64,000 nucleotides of DNA from Alkalispirochaeta sp. (lineage in GTDB: Bacteria; Spirochaetota; Spirochaetia; DSM-27196; Alkalispirochaetaceae), in NCBI GenBank assembly GCA_040904425.1, contig JBBDTM010000076.1, positions 21,190-85,189 of the forward strand, given 5' to 3'. The translations under genes were made by a program, and so were the position numbers. Below the pieces are notes generated by a model. The model saw only the letters and a list, made by a program, of their open reading frames with translations, did no database searches and was not told the origin of the DNA. Every line of letters starts with the position of its first letter. The stretch's first letter is position 1. This document shows, piece by piece, positions 8,639 to 19,256 of the stretch.

Positions 8639-8668
8639 TTGACGGTGCTGTGAACCATTGGGTACCAT
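8639..8668 (+). promoter_or_regulatory. leuS promoter, leaderless arrangement
   Basis: TTGACG(8639-44)-18 nt-TACCAT(8663-68)-7 nt-ATG 8676; no SD. Confidence 0.6.
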
Positions 8669-8675
8669 GCCGACC

Positions 8676-11153
8676 ATGAAGAAATATCCATTCCGCGAGA
8701 TTGAGCCCAAGTGGCAGCGGTACTGGGACGAAAACAAGACGTTCCGGGCGACGGAAGATCCCTCAGTTCCCGCCGACAAGCGGCGCTACGTTCTTGATAT
8801 GTTTCCGTATCCCTCCGCGGCGGGCCTCCATGTGGGACACCCTGAGGGGTACACCGCCACCGACATCTATTGCCGCTATCTACGCATGAATGGATACAAC
8901 GTGCTCCACCCGATGGGGTTTGACAGCTTCGGGTTGCCGGCGGAGAACTATGCGGTGCAGACCGGGACCCATCCCAAGGCGACTACCGAGGCCAACATCG
9001 ATCGCTTTCGGGAGCAGATCAAGAGTCTTGGGTTTTCGTATGACTGGGACCGGGAGGTGAGCACGCACCGCGCGAACTACTATAAGTGGACGCAGTGGAT
9101 CTTCCTGAAACTGTGGGAGCAGGGATTGGCGTATGTAGCGGAAATACCCATGTGGTACTGCGAAGCGCTGGGAACGGTTCTGGCCAACGAAGAGGTGCTG
9201 GCAACGCCGGAAGGACCTCGGAGTGAGCGCGGCAACCACCCGGTGGAGCGCCGTCCCCTGCGGCAATGGATGCTCAAGATCACGGAGTACGCCGACCGTC
9301 TCCTGGAGGGGCTGGACACGCTGGACTGGCCGGATTCGATTAAGGCGATGCAGCGCAACTGGATCGGCCGTTCCGAGGGCGCCAACGTGATCTTCCTGCT
9401 CGCCGAGGACTCCGCGGCCCGGGCCACGGCCGCCGGTCTCGGCCCGGATGAGCAGCACATCGAGGTGTACACCACCCGGCCGGACACGCTCTTCGGGGCG
9501 ACGTACATGGTGATGGCGCCGGAGCACGCCATGGTACCGGCGCTTACCACTACGGAGCAGTCGCAGGCAGTCCGGGAGTACGTGAACGCCACTAAGCTCA
9601 AGAGTGACTTGGAGCGGACCGAGTTATCCAAGGAAAAAACGGGGGTCTTCACCGGCTCCTACGCGATCAACCCCGTGAGCGGCGCAAAGATCCCCATTTG
9701 GATCAGCGACTACATATTGGCCAGCTACGGCACGGGAGCAATCATGGCGGTCCCCGCACACGACGAGCGGGACTGGGAGTTTGCCACCGCCTTTGAGCTG
9801 CCCATCGTGAAAGTGGTGGCGCGCCCGGACGAAACCGATCCCACCGCGCCGCTCACGGAGGCGGCGGCGGAATACGGCGTGGCGGTAAACAGCGGGCAAT
9901 TCGACGGCAAACCCACGGAACAGGTAAAGACCGAGATAATCGCCTGGCTTGAAGAACGAGGTCGCGGGGCCCGGGCGATTAACTACAAGCTGCGGGACTG
10001 GATCTTCAGCCGACAGCGCTACTGGGGCGAGCCGATTCCCCTGGTGGAGTGCGACGGCACCTACTACCCCGTTCCCGAAGACCAACTACCGGTGACCCTT
10101 CCGGAGGTCGAGAGTTACAAGCCCACCGGCACCGGCGAGAGCCCGTTGGCGGCGGTGCCGGAGTGGGTGGGATGCGAGTGTCCCGACGGCAGTGGCCGCA
10201 CCGGCCGCCGCGAGACGAATACGATGCCCCAGTGGGCGGGGAGCTGCTGGTACTACCTGCGCTATCTGGATCCCAGCAATGACCGGGCGTTTGCCGACCT
10301 GAAAAAGATCGAATACTGGATGCCGGTGGATCTGTACGTGGGGGGCGCGGAACACGCGGTTCTTCATCTTCTGTACGCCCGTTTCTGGCACAAGGTGCTC
10401 TACGACATCGGCGTGGTAAACACGGACGAGCCGTTCACGCGCTTGGTAAACCAGGGGATGATTCTGGGAGAGAACGGGGTAAAGATGTCCAAGAGCCTGG
10501 GCAACGTGATTAACCCCGACGACATCATCTCCGAGTTCGGCGCGGACTCCATGCGCGTCTACGAGATGTTTATGGGGCCGTTGCAACAGGAAAAGCCCTG
10601 GTCCACGCAGGGGCTGGTGGGGGTTCACCGCTTCCTGGATCGGGTGTGGCGCCTGACTGATCGGCCCGTTGCCGACGAAGCGCCTGATGAGGAGCTCCTG
10701 CGCACCCTGCACAAGTCCATTAAGAAGGTGGGCGAGGATACCAACAAGCTGGCGTTCAACACCGCCATCAGTCAGATGATGATCCTGGTGAACGAGATCT
10801 ACAAGCGCGATACGCTCTCCAAGGAAGTCTGGCAGGCGCTAATCCGCATGCTTGCACCCTACGCCCCCCATCTGGCGGAGGAGCTCTGGGAGATGCAGGG
10901 GAATCGGTCACCGGTCTCCCTGGCACCGTGGCCGGAGTATCGCGAGGAGCTCACCAAGGACGATCAGGTGGAAGTGGTGCTTCAGGTGAACGGCAAGATT
11001 CGTTCCCGAATGACCGTGGCCGCCGGAACCGATAAGGACGCACTCCAGGAACAGGCGATGCGGGAAGAGCGAATCGCGGAACTCATCGCCGGCAAGGAGG
11101 TGGTCAAGGTGGTCGCCGTTCCGGACAAGCTCGTCAATATGGTGGTGAAGTAA
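8676..11153 (+). CDS. leuS: Leucine--tRNA ligase
   Basis: [14 protein letters not shown] (HIGH), [21 protein letters not shown] editing domain, KMSKS. Confidence 0.98.
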   Translation: MKKYPFREIEPKWQRYWDENKTFRATEDPSVPADKRRYVLDMFPYPSAAGLHVGHPEGYTATDIYCRYLRMNGYNVLHPMGFDSFGLPAENYAVQTGTHPKATTEANIDRFREQIKSLGFSYDWDREVSTHRANYYKWTQWIFLKLWEQGLAYVAEIPMWYCEALGTVLANEEVLATPEGPRSERGNHPVERRPLRQWMLKITEYADRLLEGLDTLDWPDSIKAMQRNWIGRSEGANVIFLLAEDSAARATAAGLGPDEQHIEVYTTRPDTLFGATYMVMAPEHAMVPALTTTEQSQAVREYVNATKLKSDLERTELSKEKTGVFTGSYAINPVSGAKIPIWISDYILASYGTGAIMAVPAHDERDWEFATAFELPIVKVVARPDETDPTAPLTEAAAEYGVAVNSGQFDGKPTEQVKTEIIAWLEERGRGARAINYKLRDWIFSRQRYWGEPIPLVECDGTYYPVPEDQLPVTLPEVESYKPTGTGESPLAAVPEWVGCECPDGSGRTGRRETNTMPQWAGSCWYYLRYLDPSNDRAFADLKKIEYWMPVDLYVGGAEHAVLHLLYARFWHKVLYDIGVVNTDEPFTRLVNQGMILGENGVKMSKSLGNVINPDDIISEFGADSMRVYEMFMGPLQQEKPWSTQGLVGVHRFLDRVWRLTDRPVADEAPDEELLRTLHKSIKKVGEDTNKLAFNTAISQMMILVNEIYKRDTLSKEVWQALIRMLAPYAPHLAEELWEMQGNRSPVSLAPWPEYREELTKDDQVEVVLQVNGKIRSRMTVAAGTDKDALQEQAMREERIAELIAGKEVVKVVAVPDKLVNMVVK

Positions 11154-11184
11154 GCCTCGCGGTGAGGTAGGCGGCGCGCCTCCG

Positions 11185-12111
11185 TTACGCCCCGGGCACG
11201 CCCGGCACCTCCTTGATGAACCAGAACGCGTGGCCGTTCCGGTCGCGCCCCACCGTGAGGAGACGGATCCAAGAGGTCCCCGCCGGGGGATCGGCCACGC
11301 CGTTCGCCGAGCCCGGTGTGGCCGCCGCAGTGGACACGCCGTTCGTCGAGCCCAGCGTAGCCGCCGCGCCGGCCCCCGCCGGCAGCCACTGCCATAGGTG
11401 CCGCACTTCCCCTTCCGCCACCGGGACGATCCAGTGGCAGCGGTCCCCCGCCCACACCCCCTCGATCGTTTCCTCGGTGGTGTCATGGCTGATCCATACG
11501 TCGTCCACGGGAGCGGGAAGCGATACCTCACACCCCGGCCGAGCACGACGGCGGATCGCGTACCGGTTCATTTCACCGGTACCGAGAGCCTCCACCAACC
11601 GCTGGTGATCCAGAATCTCCGGCTGGTCTCCACATTCTTCACCCACAGTACGGTGCAATCGTTTCAGGTTGATCAGGGCCGGGTCGAGCCCGCGTCGCGC
11701 CACCTGGAGCACCGACCCCGCCACCCGACCGAAGTCGGGCTCCAACGTGAATCGGGAACTCGGCGGAGCACCCCACGCTCCCAGCGGTGCCAGCGCTCCC
11801 CCGCTCGCCGGGTGGGCTGCGGCGCGAACGACCACTACCTCCGCCCCATGCTGGGAGAGCGGTAGCGTTGCCGTCACAGGGTCCGCCGCACTTCGCTCCA
11901 GGAGAACCTCACTCTTCACCGCTGCTCCGTCCCACCAGGTGATTTTCCAGACTACCCGCATCGGCGCATACACCTCCGGGATGTCGGAGATCTCCACCGT
12001 GATCGCCTGCGCGCCACGCGCCGCGTCTCCGGGATGCGCACACGAGCTCCAAAGCCCGGAAAGAGCTGCGAAGAGCAGGAGAACTGTGCCACCAGACGAA
12101 ATTCTTCGCAT
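11185..12111 (-). CDS. Hypothetical lipoprotein
   Basis: ATG 12111 with GGGAGGG SD; MRRISSGGTVLLLFAALSGLWSS-C spirochaete-style lipobox; 13-aa near-duplication ATLGSTNGVSTAA/ATPGSANGVADPP. Confidence 0.6.
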   Translation of the reverse strand: MRRISSGGTVLLLFAALSGLWSSCAHPGDAARGAQAITVEISDIPEVYAPMRVVWKITWWDGAAVKSEVLLERSAADPVTATLPLSQHGAEVVVVRAAAHPASGGALAPLGAWGAPPSSRFTLEPDFGRVAGSVLQVARRGLDPALINLKRLHRTVGEECGDQPEILDHQRLVEALGTGEMNRYAIRRRARPGCEVSLPAPVDDVWISHDTTEETIEGVWAGDRCHWIVPVAEGEVRHLWQWLPAGAGAAATLGSTNGVSTAAATPGSANGVADPPAGTSWIRLLTVGRDRNGHAFWFIKEVPGVPGA

Positions 12112-12196
12112 ATCCCTCCCTACTGCCGTTTCCGGCACGGTGCTTGCCGGAGGCGGTTGCTTGCCGGAGGAAGGTCCTTGCCGTATCATGGGGTTC

Positions 12197-13612
12197 ATGG
12201 CTGGGTTTGAAAGCTTTGAGGCGGAACTTGAGTCGCATCTGGAAGCTCGACGTGCGGAGATCCGGGAACACGACCTGGACACATTGAAACGACAGTTTCG
12301 ACAGATGCAGTCGAGCTTTGAGGCGCTTCACAAGCTATTCAAGAAAAAGGGACTGATCAAGGAAGATCCCTACAATTACGAAGAGCGTATCTCGGAGCTG
12401 GACGTACCTTCGGATGCGCCATACCTCGACAGCGAGCGTGACACCCAACTCAGCATCCGTCTCGGCAAATACGAGAGCCGCCTCTCCTTCCTTACCGACT
12501 ATTTTGATTGTTCTCTGGAGAATCTCTCGTTGCGCCGGATTAAACAGGTGGTGAAATTCCTGAAGTACATCAACTGGTCCAACGTCTCCGATACCGCAAC
12601 GCAACCGACCACCCGCGGTCTCGGAGAACAGATAGTCAAAGTGAAACGCGGCAGTGATACGCTCTCGGCCAACATCGTCACCGACGCGCAGGATCAGTTG
12701 AGTCGCGCCTCACGGCAAGCGTTGTCGATTCTGAAACGCATCACTCAGCTGCAGCGTGAACAGTACAAACTCGATCTGCGCCGTTCGGTGCTCACCGATT
12801 CGAGAGTTCCGGAAACTCCATCGGAGGACCAGCGAGAGAAGGCGCTGCAGGCGGTGAAGTCGGTTTTGCCCACGCATCTGCCGGGGCAGCCCTTCGCACG
12901 GGACCTGGTGTTGGAGATCTTTGCCGAGAACAGTCCCGACGGAGGAGAAGCGATTCGTCGAACCCTGTTGAGCGATCTGGCCACGTCCAGCAAGCCGGCG
13001 GAAACCAAGAAACCGGAAGATGATCTGAAACAGGTATTGCTGGAATCTGCTCGGACCCTGGCCGCCGCCAGTCGACCTCTGGAAGAGGCCGGCCGGAAGC
13101 TTGGAGACAACGTCCTGGTGCTGGAAAGCCGCAAACTCTCCTTCGGAGAGATGCTCAAGCAAATCTGGGCCAGAATGCGAGGCAGAGACTCGGAGGAACG
13201 CATCTTCACGATCGATTATGTGGACAAATCCACCGGCGCTCACAAAACGGAGGATATCAACTTCGATTCGTTCCTGGAGGCACTCCGTCGCCGGTCTCGG
13301 GTGTACAGCAGTCTCATGGCGCGGTCCGGAACCGCGTGGACGAAGCTGCAGAACTCCGATGAGGATATGCTGCTCCAGTTCGTCACGAAAGACGTCCAGG
13401 AAGTGTCTGACGTGGTGCGGCGTTTGGAAGGTTTGGAGACGTTCTTCAAGACGGAAGTCAGTCGTGATCAGCGTTCGCAACTCCGATCAGTCAATATGGA
13501 GATCACGGCGATTAACGACCACCTCGACCGCGGCCGCAAAAAAGTGCGGCAGTACGTAGCCAAGACGGAAGAGCGGGAGCAATTGCGGAAACTGGGTATC
13601 ACAGACGCGTAA
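12197..13612 (+). CDS. Hypothetical helical cytoplasmic protein (471 aa)
   Basis: Long ORF with genome-like codon use; TTGCCG(12161-66)-17-TATCAT(12184-89)-7-ATG 12197 defines the start; upstream extension overlaps the lipoprotein gene. Confidence 0.7.
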   Translation: MAGFESFEAELESHLEARRAEIREHDLDTLKRQFRQMQSSFEALHKLFKKKGLIKEDPYNYEERISELDVPSDAPYLDSERDTQLSIRLGKYESRLSFLTDYFDCSLENLSLRRIKQVVKFLKYINWSNVSDTATQPTTRGLGEQIVKVKRGSDTLSANIVTDAQDQLSRASRQALSILKRITQLQREQYKLDLRRSVLTDSRVPETPSEDQREKALQAVKSVLPTHLPGQPFARDLVLEIFAENSPDGGEAIRRTLLSDLATSSKPAETKKPEDDLKQVLLESARTLAAASRPLEEAGRKLGDNVLVLESRKLSFGEMLKQIWARMRGRDSEERIFTIDYVDKSTGAHKTEDINFDSFLEALRRRSRVYSSLMARSGTAWTKLQNSDEDMLLQFVTKDVQEVSDVVRRLEGLETFFKTEVSRDQRSQLRSVNMEITAINDHLDRGRKKVRQYVAKTEEREQLRKLGITDA

Positions 13613-13656
13613 TGCCGGGGGCGCCGGCCGCCCCGCCTTAGCTGCGTGCCGGCCGC

Positions 13657-15594
13657 CTACGACCGATCGAACCCTCGGGAACTGCGAAACGTTCCCAACA
13701 GGTGCACGTCCCGTGCAGCCTGTTCCAGTTCGGAATAGGCACGCTTAAAATCATCCCGGTTCTCCGGAAGCTGCACATCCACGTAAAACATGTACTTCCA
13801 CGGCTCTCCCAGAATCGGACGGGACTCGAGTTTTTTCAGGTTGATTTTCCGTTCGGCCAGGACCCGCATACACTCGTAGAGGGCTCCCGGCGTGTCCGGA
13901 GTAGAAAACACGAGCGTTGCCATATCTGGATCCCGGGCTTCGGCGTTCTCCTCTCGTGTGAGAATCGCAAAGCGCGTGTAGTTACGGGCGTTGGTTTCGA
14001 TGCTTTCCCTGAGCACCTTCATACCATAGTAGTCGGCGGTCCGGGCGTGGGCGATCGCGGCCACGCTATCATCGTTGCCCTCCCGTACCTGCGCAACGGC
14101 ACCGGCGGTGTCGTAAAACGGAACTACCTTCCATTCGGGATGGCGGTTCAGAAAATCACGGCACTGCTCGATTCCGGGTGTCTGCGACATCACCGTTTTC
14201 ACCGACTCCAGAGTGGCGTTCTGCGTACCGATCAGGCTGTGCTGGATCCGGATATGTGTCTCCCCCACGATGCGGATGTCCGGGTATTGCAGCAGCAGGT
14301 CGTAGTTCTCGTGAATCGAACCCATGAGGGAGTTCTCCAGCGGAACCACTCCGAAAGGAACCTCGTTCTTCAGGACCGCTTCAAAGACGTCCCGGAAGTG
14401 CTCGGTACTAATCGGCTCGACTTCTCGGCCCACCTGATCAAAGTACCGGAGCAGTGCGATCTCACTGTACGCACCACGCGCCCCCTGAAACGCCACCCGC
14501 AAGTTCGTCGATGCCCCGTCCGTAGCAGGAACGTCGGCCACGGTGGCCCGGCCCGGGGCGATCCGAGCGCGATGGGGAAGCCGAGCCACCTCGCGGCCCA
14601 CCACCGGAGACAGCGCTTCAATGTCGCGCATGAGCTTCTCAAACTGCTCCGGATAAAGGCTCTGTGGTCCGTCGGATAGCGCTTGATCAGGATCGGGGTG
14701 AACCTCCACGATCAGTCCATCCGCTCCAGCGGCGATCGCCGCCAGCCCGACGGGCTGAACCTTCTCGCGAATGCCCGTGGCGTGACTGGGATCGACAAAC
14801 ACCGGCAGGTGGCTGAGTTTCTTCACCACGGGGATGGAAGAAATGTCCAGACTGTTCCGCGTGTAGGTCTCGAAGGTGCGAATCCCACGTTCACAGAGGA
14901 TCACGTCTTCGGCACCGTGGGCAAGCAGGTACTCCGCGGCCATGAGCCACTCTTCGATCGTTGCCGCGAGGCCCCGCTTGAGCATGACCGGCATCGACTC
15001 GGCGCCAACCATCTTCAGGAGCTCAAAATTCTGCATATTCCGGGCGCCGATCTGGAGCACATCGACATACTCCCGCATGCGATCAACCTGGAGCGGCGAG
15101 ACGATCTCCGAAATCACCGGCATGCCGTACCGTTCACCGGCCTCTTTAAGATACCCCAGCCCTTCCTCACCGAGACCCTGAAAGGAATACGGCGAGGTTC
15201 GCGGCTTATACGCGCCGCCTCTGAGCATGACCCCCCCAGAAGAGGCCACGATTTCGGCGGTCTCCATGATCTGATCCCGGCTCTCGATCGCACAGGGACC
15301 GGCGATCATTACCAGCCGATTTCCGCCGATTTTCACCGGCCCCACGGAGAATACTGAGTCCGCATGCTTGAGTTCGCGGGAGGCCAGTTTGTACGGCTTG
15401 GAAATCGGCACGACCTTGGCCACGCCGGGACGCATTTCAACCTCACGCAGGTCGATCTGCGTGCTCCCCACCGCTCCGAAGATCGTTTCCGTTTCGCCGG
15501 TGACTTCCCGGACCTTGAATCCACGATGCTCCAAAAACTCCCGAAGAGCGCGTTTATCCTGCTCCCGGATTCCCTGTTCGAGTACGACAACCAT
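13657..15594 (-). CDS. aroF: DAHP synthase (type I-beta) fused to prephenate dehydratase + ACT domain
   Basis: IAGPCAIES, LRGGAYKPRTSPYSFQGLG, QIGARNMQN, LCERGIRT, DPSHATG; then VAFQGARGAYS, PLENSLMGS, NYTRF, KLESRP (PDT/ACT). Confidence 0.93.
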   Translation of the reverse strand: MVVVLEQGIREQDKRALREFLEHRGFKVREVTGETETIFGAVGSTQIDLREVEMRPGVAKVVPISKPYKLASRELKHADSVFSVGPVKIGGNRLVMIAGPCAIESRDQIMETAEIVASSGGVMLRGGAYKPRTSPYSFQGLGEEGLGYLKEAGERYGMPVISEIVSPLQVDRMREYVDVLQIGARNMQNFELLKMVGAESMPVMLKRGLAATIEEWLMAAEYLLAHGAEDVILCERGIRTFETYTRNSLDISSIPVVKKLSHLPVFVDPSHATGIREKVQPVGLAAIAAGADGLIVEVHPDPDQALSDGPQSLYPEQFEKLMRDIEALSPVVGREVARLPHRARIAPGRATVADVPATDGASTNLRVAFQGARGAYSEIALLRYFDQVGREVEPISTEHFRDVFEAVLKNEVPFGVVPLENSLMGSIHENYDLLLQYPDIRIVGETHIRIQHSLIGTQNATLESVKTVMSQTPGIEQCRDFLNRHPEWKVVPFYDTAGAVAQVREGNDDSVAAIAHARTADYYGMKVLRESIETNARNYTRFAILTREENAEARDPDMATLVFSTPDTPGALYECMRVLAERKINLKKLESRPILGEPWKYMFYVDVQLPENRDDFKRAYSELEQAARDVHLLGTFRSSRGFDRS

Positions 15595-15611
15595 AAGGTG
15601 TTACTGTATCA

Positions 15612-16301
15612 TCAGGTGCTATGGGAGGGGAACTCTCTCAGGATGTATGCTCGAAAGCGGTTCTCGATCCGGGTCCGGAACTGACCGATTCGATCGACGT
15701 AGACACGTGTAGACTGCGGGGTTCGACCCGCCCGGACGCGGGTAAGGCCGGCGTTATAGCACGCTACCGCCTCCATGTCCGAGGAGGTGTGTTCCATGCA
15801 CCAGGTCAGGTACTGGGTGCCGTGTCGGGCGTTCACGTCGGGGTGAAAGAAGTCATCTTCGGAAAGGTTGCGAAATGTGCGGGAGTTCAACTGGAAGAGC
15901 CCTCGGTCTACCGACGTGGAATTATAGTTTACCGCACCCGGAGAGTAACGACTCTCCACCCAGGCCAGGGAGAATACCAACGATAGGGACAGGTTCTCCC
16001 GGTTCGCATAGTAGAGTATAGGCAGGGCTATCTCTTCGGAACCGGCGAGCTCCACGAAGAAATCCACCACCGCCTGGTGCGTTACATCTTCCCGATACAG
16101 GGCGAGCATCGGTCGCTCGTCCTCAAGCAGATTCAGGACGTTTGCGTAGTCATCGGGACTAAGCGGCCCGTTTTCGCCCGTATCCCAGGAGAAATTGAAG
16201 CTGGTCGATTGGTCATTGTCGGAAAAAGTCCCCCCTACTGCGGTGGTACTACACCCCAGTACAGCCGTGATGCCGGCGAGGAGAAGAAATCGGTTCGTCA
16301 T
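15612..16301 (-). CDS. Lytic transglycosylase (SLT domain), probable lipoprotein
   Basis: LAWVESRY (catalytic Glu), DRGLFQLN, N...G..YL, AVACYNAG; lipobox VLG-C. Confidence 0.85.
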   Translation of the reverse strand: MTNRFLLLAGITAVLGCSTTAVGGTFSDNDQSTSFNFSWDTGENGPLSPDDYANVLNLLEDERPMLALYREDVTHQAVVDFFVELAGSEEIALPILYYANRENLSLSLVFSLAWVESRYSPGAVNYNSTSVDRGLFQLNSRTFRNLSEDDFFHPDVNARHGTQYLTWCMEHTSSDMEAVACYNAGLTRVRAGRTPQSTRVYVDRIGQFRTRIENRFRAYILREFPSHST

Positions 16302-17017
16302 GGTTCGTATTGCCTCTCACGAGTGTGGGTTATCACGACCACCGCATGCCCATTTACGTTGGCAATGACGCACATGTCGTCTCTTGCCCGTAATTCGTGA
16401 ACGAGACTGGTGACACCCTCGCAACCGGAAAAGCCGTAGTCGTCAAATACAATGATCCCTCCAGGAGGGACGCGGGGTAACACCCAGTCAAAAACGCCCT
16501 GCGCCGAGTCATACACATCAACGTCGATATGGCACAAAGCGATCGTTTCGTCACGCACGTGGTGCGCCGTCTCATCCGGGAAAAGCCCGGAGAGCAGCCG
16601 GAAATCCAGCAAGTCCAAACTATGAAGAAATGCGGACACCGTGTCAAGGTCGGTATCGGCGTGTTCGCCCCCACGATAATAGGGATCCCGGGGTCCAGCC
16701 TTGGCTACTCCCGCGAAGGTGTCGGCAACTATGAGCGAACGGTGGGCATTCAAGTGTTTCAGCCGCAGCCCCATGAGGGCAGCGCTTCCACCCCGCCAGG
16801 TTCCGACCTCAAGAATCGCTCCGTTAACCTTGGTCGCTTGTTGCGTGAGTTCCCAGAGCTCATAGAGCCTGGGTTGATCCAGCATCGTGTGGTCGCGTAC
16901 CGCGGTCCACGCCCGAAGAAAATCGTGATCGCCGTGCCACGGCCGATAGTCCGCCGTCAACGGGGTATGTCCGTAACCTGGAGGATATACGCGCACCTCC
17001 GGCTTCTGTGGTGCCAT
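16298..17017 (-). CDS. TylF/MycF-family O-methyltransferase
   Basis: GAILEVGTWRGGS, DTFAG, GLFPDET, LCHIDVDVYDS, VPPGGIIVFDDYG. Confidence 0.88.
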   Translation of the reverse strand: MAPQKPEVRVYPPGYGHTPLTADYRPWHGDHDFLRAWTAVRDHTMLDQPRLYELWELTQQATKVNGAILEVGTWRGGSAALMGLRLKHLNAHRSLIVADTFAGVAKAGPRDPYYRGGEHADTDLDTVSAFLHSLDLLDFRLLSGLFPDETAHHVRDETIALCHIDVDVYDSAQGVFDWVLPRVPPGGIIVFDDYGFSGCEGVTSLVHELRARDDMCVIANVNGHAVVVITHTRERQYEP

Positions 17018-17066
17018 GGGAAGAAAATACTACGCGAACTCCGTCAACGGCTATCGGTGCCGCACC

Positions 17067-18485
17067 TTACCGGCGCCGCACCTCAAGGTCTGAGAACTCC
17101 CCCTCTCCCAGGGCACGCAGCGCCACTTCCAATCCCGCCCCTTGGGGAAGGTTGAGGCGATAGCGGAACTGCTCAACTCCGTCAATGGCAACGGTGAGTA
17201 TTCCAGCGCCGGGATCCATGAGAACTTCCAGAGCGCTCGTGACGCTCAGATCGGAGTCGAGGGCGCTCTGCGCCACCCGGTTCATCGTGAAATCGTCGTA
17301 GGAGATGTAGACCTCAAGGAAGGTTGTCTCTTGGCCGTAGGCCTGCACGTCGCGCGTGAGCCACACCAGAATACTGCGCCCGTAGCCATATCCCGCCGGT
17401 AGCTCCACGTCGCTGACACTGAGATGGAGGCCTACCCCAGCCCAACCCTCGCCGGGGGCGCGGGTCACCACCCGATACAGCCGCGGCCGGCTGTCCTGGC
17501 GGTACGGAAGGATAAGCTTCGCAAAACGCGCGTCGGGATCGATCTGGGAGACGTTGTCGGTATCTGCCGCACGCCAGCTGCCGGAAACCGGAATCCCCGC
17601 GCTGAGATCAAGAATATCCGTCGTGGCCATCTCCGCCCGTGCCCGCGAGAGGGAAAGAGTCGGAGCGATATCATCGACGGCCGGCGCGGAACCACCGGAG
17701 CCGGAGGACGCTGCAGTTACCCGGCTCATGAGCTCAGTTACCGCGGCACCACCGTCGGTCACAGCGGCGTCTACCCGATTTATGAGCCGAGTCACGGCGG
17801 CCCCCCCGTCGGCCATGGCGGCGTCCAGCCGATGTGCGAGCTCATCGATGCGCGTCTCCAGTCTGTCGAGGCGTTCGGCGCCCCGTGCCGCATATTCGTC
17901 AAGGCGCTGAATGACGGGGTCCTGTGGAGAAGTTGTCTCCCCGGAGGACGCCACGGAGGTTTCCCCGGAACGATTCCCGGAGGCCTCCCCGGAGGACGCG
18001 GGCGCATCGTACATGTCGGCCAATTGGCGTAATAGCGCGCTCTGGGACGGGGCCGGTTGCGGCGTTGAGGAGAACTCGTACGCCTCGACCTGCCGGTACG
18101 ATCGATTGAAAGCAACCGTACCGGAGTAGAATCGGCCGTCGAGATAGATGTTTTCGATGCGAAGCTCACCCGTTCCGCGCGTGGACAATTCGGCCATATC
18201 GAGAATGACATCCTTGGGAAGCGCGCGGCGATCGATTGGCTCCACGGAGGTCACGAGCCACCGACCATCATCGTCGGCGGAGAGGTAGATCGCGTATTGC
18301 TCGCCACCGATCACGACGCCGTCGAGGAACAGCATGTCGGGACCAGCTACATGCATACGAGCGTCACCGGTCGAGATATCGCGTGTCGGCGAGCTTGCTT
18401 GAGCCGATATCAAACCGACCGGCGCGAGAAGAACCGTCGCCGCCATGAGCAACACGGGCCACCGTCGACGTTCCTGATGAGTCAT
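17067..18485 (-). CDS. Exported hypothetical protein with central helical repeats
   Basis: Signal peptide; GGGGAG SD; 18-aa repeats RLDAAMADGGAAVTRLIN/RVDAAVTDGGAAVTELMS; beta-rich C-terminal domain. Confidence 0.7.
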   Translation of the reverse strand: MTHQERRRWPVLLMAATVLLAPVGLISAQASSPTRDISTGDARMHVAGPDMLFLDGVVIGGEQYAIYLSADDDGRWLVTSVEPIDRRALPKDVILDMAELSTRGTGELRIENIYLDGRFYSGTVAFNRSYRQVEAYEFSSTPQPAPSQSALLRQLADMYDAPASSGEASGNRSGETSVASSGETTSPQDPVIQRLDEYAARGAERLDRLETRIDELAHRLDAAMADGGAAVTRLINRVDAAVTDGGAAVTELMSRVTAASSGSGGSAPAVDDIAPTLSLSRARAEMATTDILDLSAGIPVSGSWRAADTDNVSQIDPDARFAKLILPYRQDSRPRLYRVVTRAPGEGWAGVGLHLSVSDVELPAGYGYGRSILVWLTRDVQAYGQETTFLEVYISYDDFTMNRVAQSALDSDLSVTSALEVLMDPGAGILTVAIDGVEQFRYRLNLPQGAGLEVALRALGEGEFSDLEVRRR

Positions 18486-18558
18486 AGGTTACACTCCCCC
18501 ATTATGGTATCGGTTAGTTCTTGTCATTTCTTGACCGTCCGGGGCAGAATTCTTCGGT

Positions 18559-19237
18559 ATGAGTAATCCGGCGCTTGGTACGTGGTTTCTTGACAAAAGC
18601 GCGTGGCCCGCGATCGATACGGCGAGAGCAAAAGCTCTTCTCAGCCACGCCTGGGATCGCGGCTTTCGGCATTTCGATACCGCGGAAGCTTACGGCAATG
18701 GTCGGGCGGAGCAGCTGGTGGGGCAAGCGCTGCGCCGTCAGGTGCGGGAACGACGAAGTGAACTCCATGTGGCGACGAAGTCCGTTGTTCGTCCCCCGCA
18801 ATCCCTGCGCACCCATCTTGAGCGCTCGCTCCGTCGGATGGGACTCGACTTCGTCGACACGTACTACATCCATTGGCCCCGACAGGGAATCGATCTCGCC
18901 GCAGCGGTGGAAGAGCTGGCCCGCCGGCGGGATCAGGGCCTACTCCGACGGATCGGTCTGTGTAAGTGTGACACCGGAGCAGGTTCGGGAGGCGGAACGG
19001 GGAGCGGCGGTGGCGATCCTGTGGGCCACGGATCGAGTTGACGGGACGGTGGCGGGAGCACGCTCGATCGCGCAGCTCGACTCACTGGTCGACGGATTGG
19101 AGACCGCTCGGAAGCGCCCTGATGACCTGAATCGATTGCTGGAAGCGGTCACTCGCGCCTCCACCAATCTGCAACGGGCCCTGCCGGAGCTACCAAATAT
19201 GTTCGGATATGTGCCTACTCCTTGTCGGAGCTGCTGA
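18559..19237 (+). pseudogene. Aldo/keto reductase, frameshifted and internally deleted
   Basis: FDTAEAYG, ATK, YYIHWP in the first frame; removing G18966 gives GLCNVT and joins AVAILW...VAGARSIAQL in the second frame; roughly 90 aa of the usual AKR middle is absent. Confidence 0.7.
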
Positions 19238-19256
19238 TTCTCGGTATATCCAAGGT

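Noticed and set aside
8596-8675. T-box leaders for leuS or pheS
   Set aside because: No room (promoter abuts the start codon) and no T-box consensus.
11669-12196. N-terminal extension of the 647-aa ORF
   Set aside because: Overlaps the lipoprotein gene antisense; a promoter sits directly before ATG 12197.
18966-18966. Programmed frameshift in the AKR gene
   Set aside because: No slippery sequence, and a second large deletion would still leave the protein incomplete.
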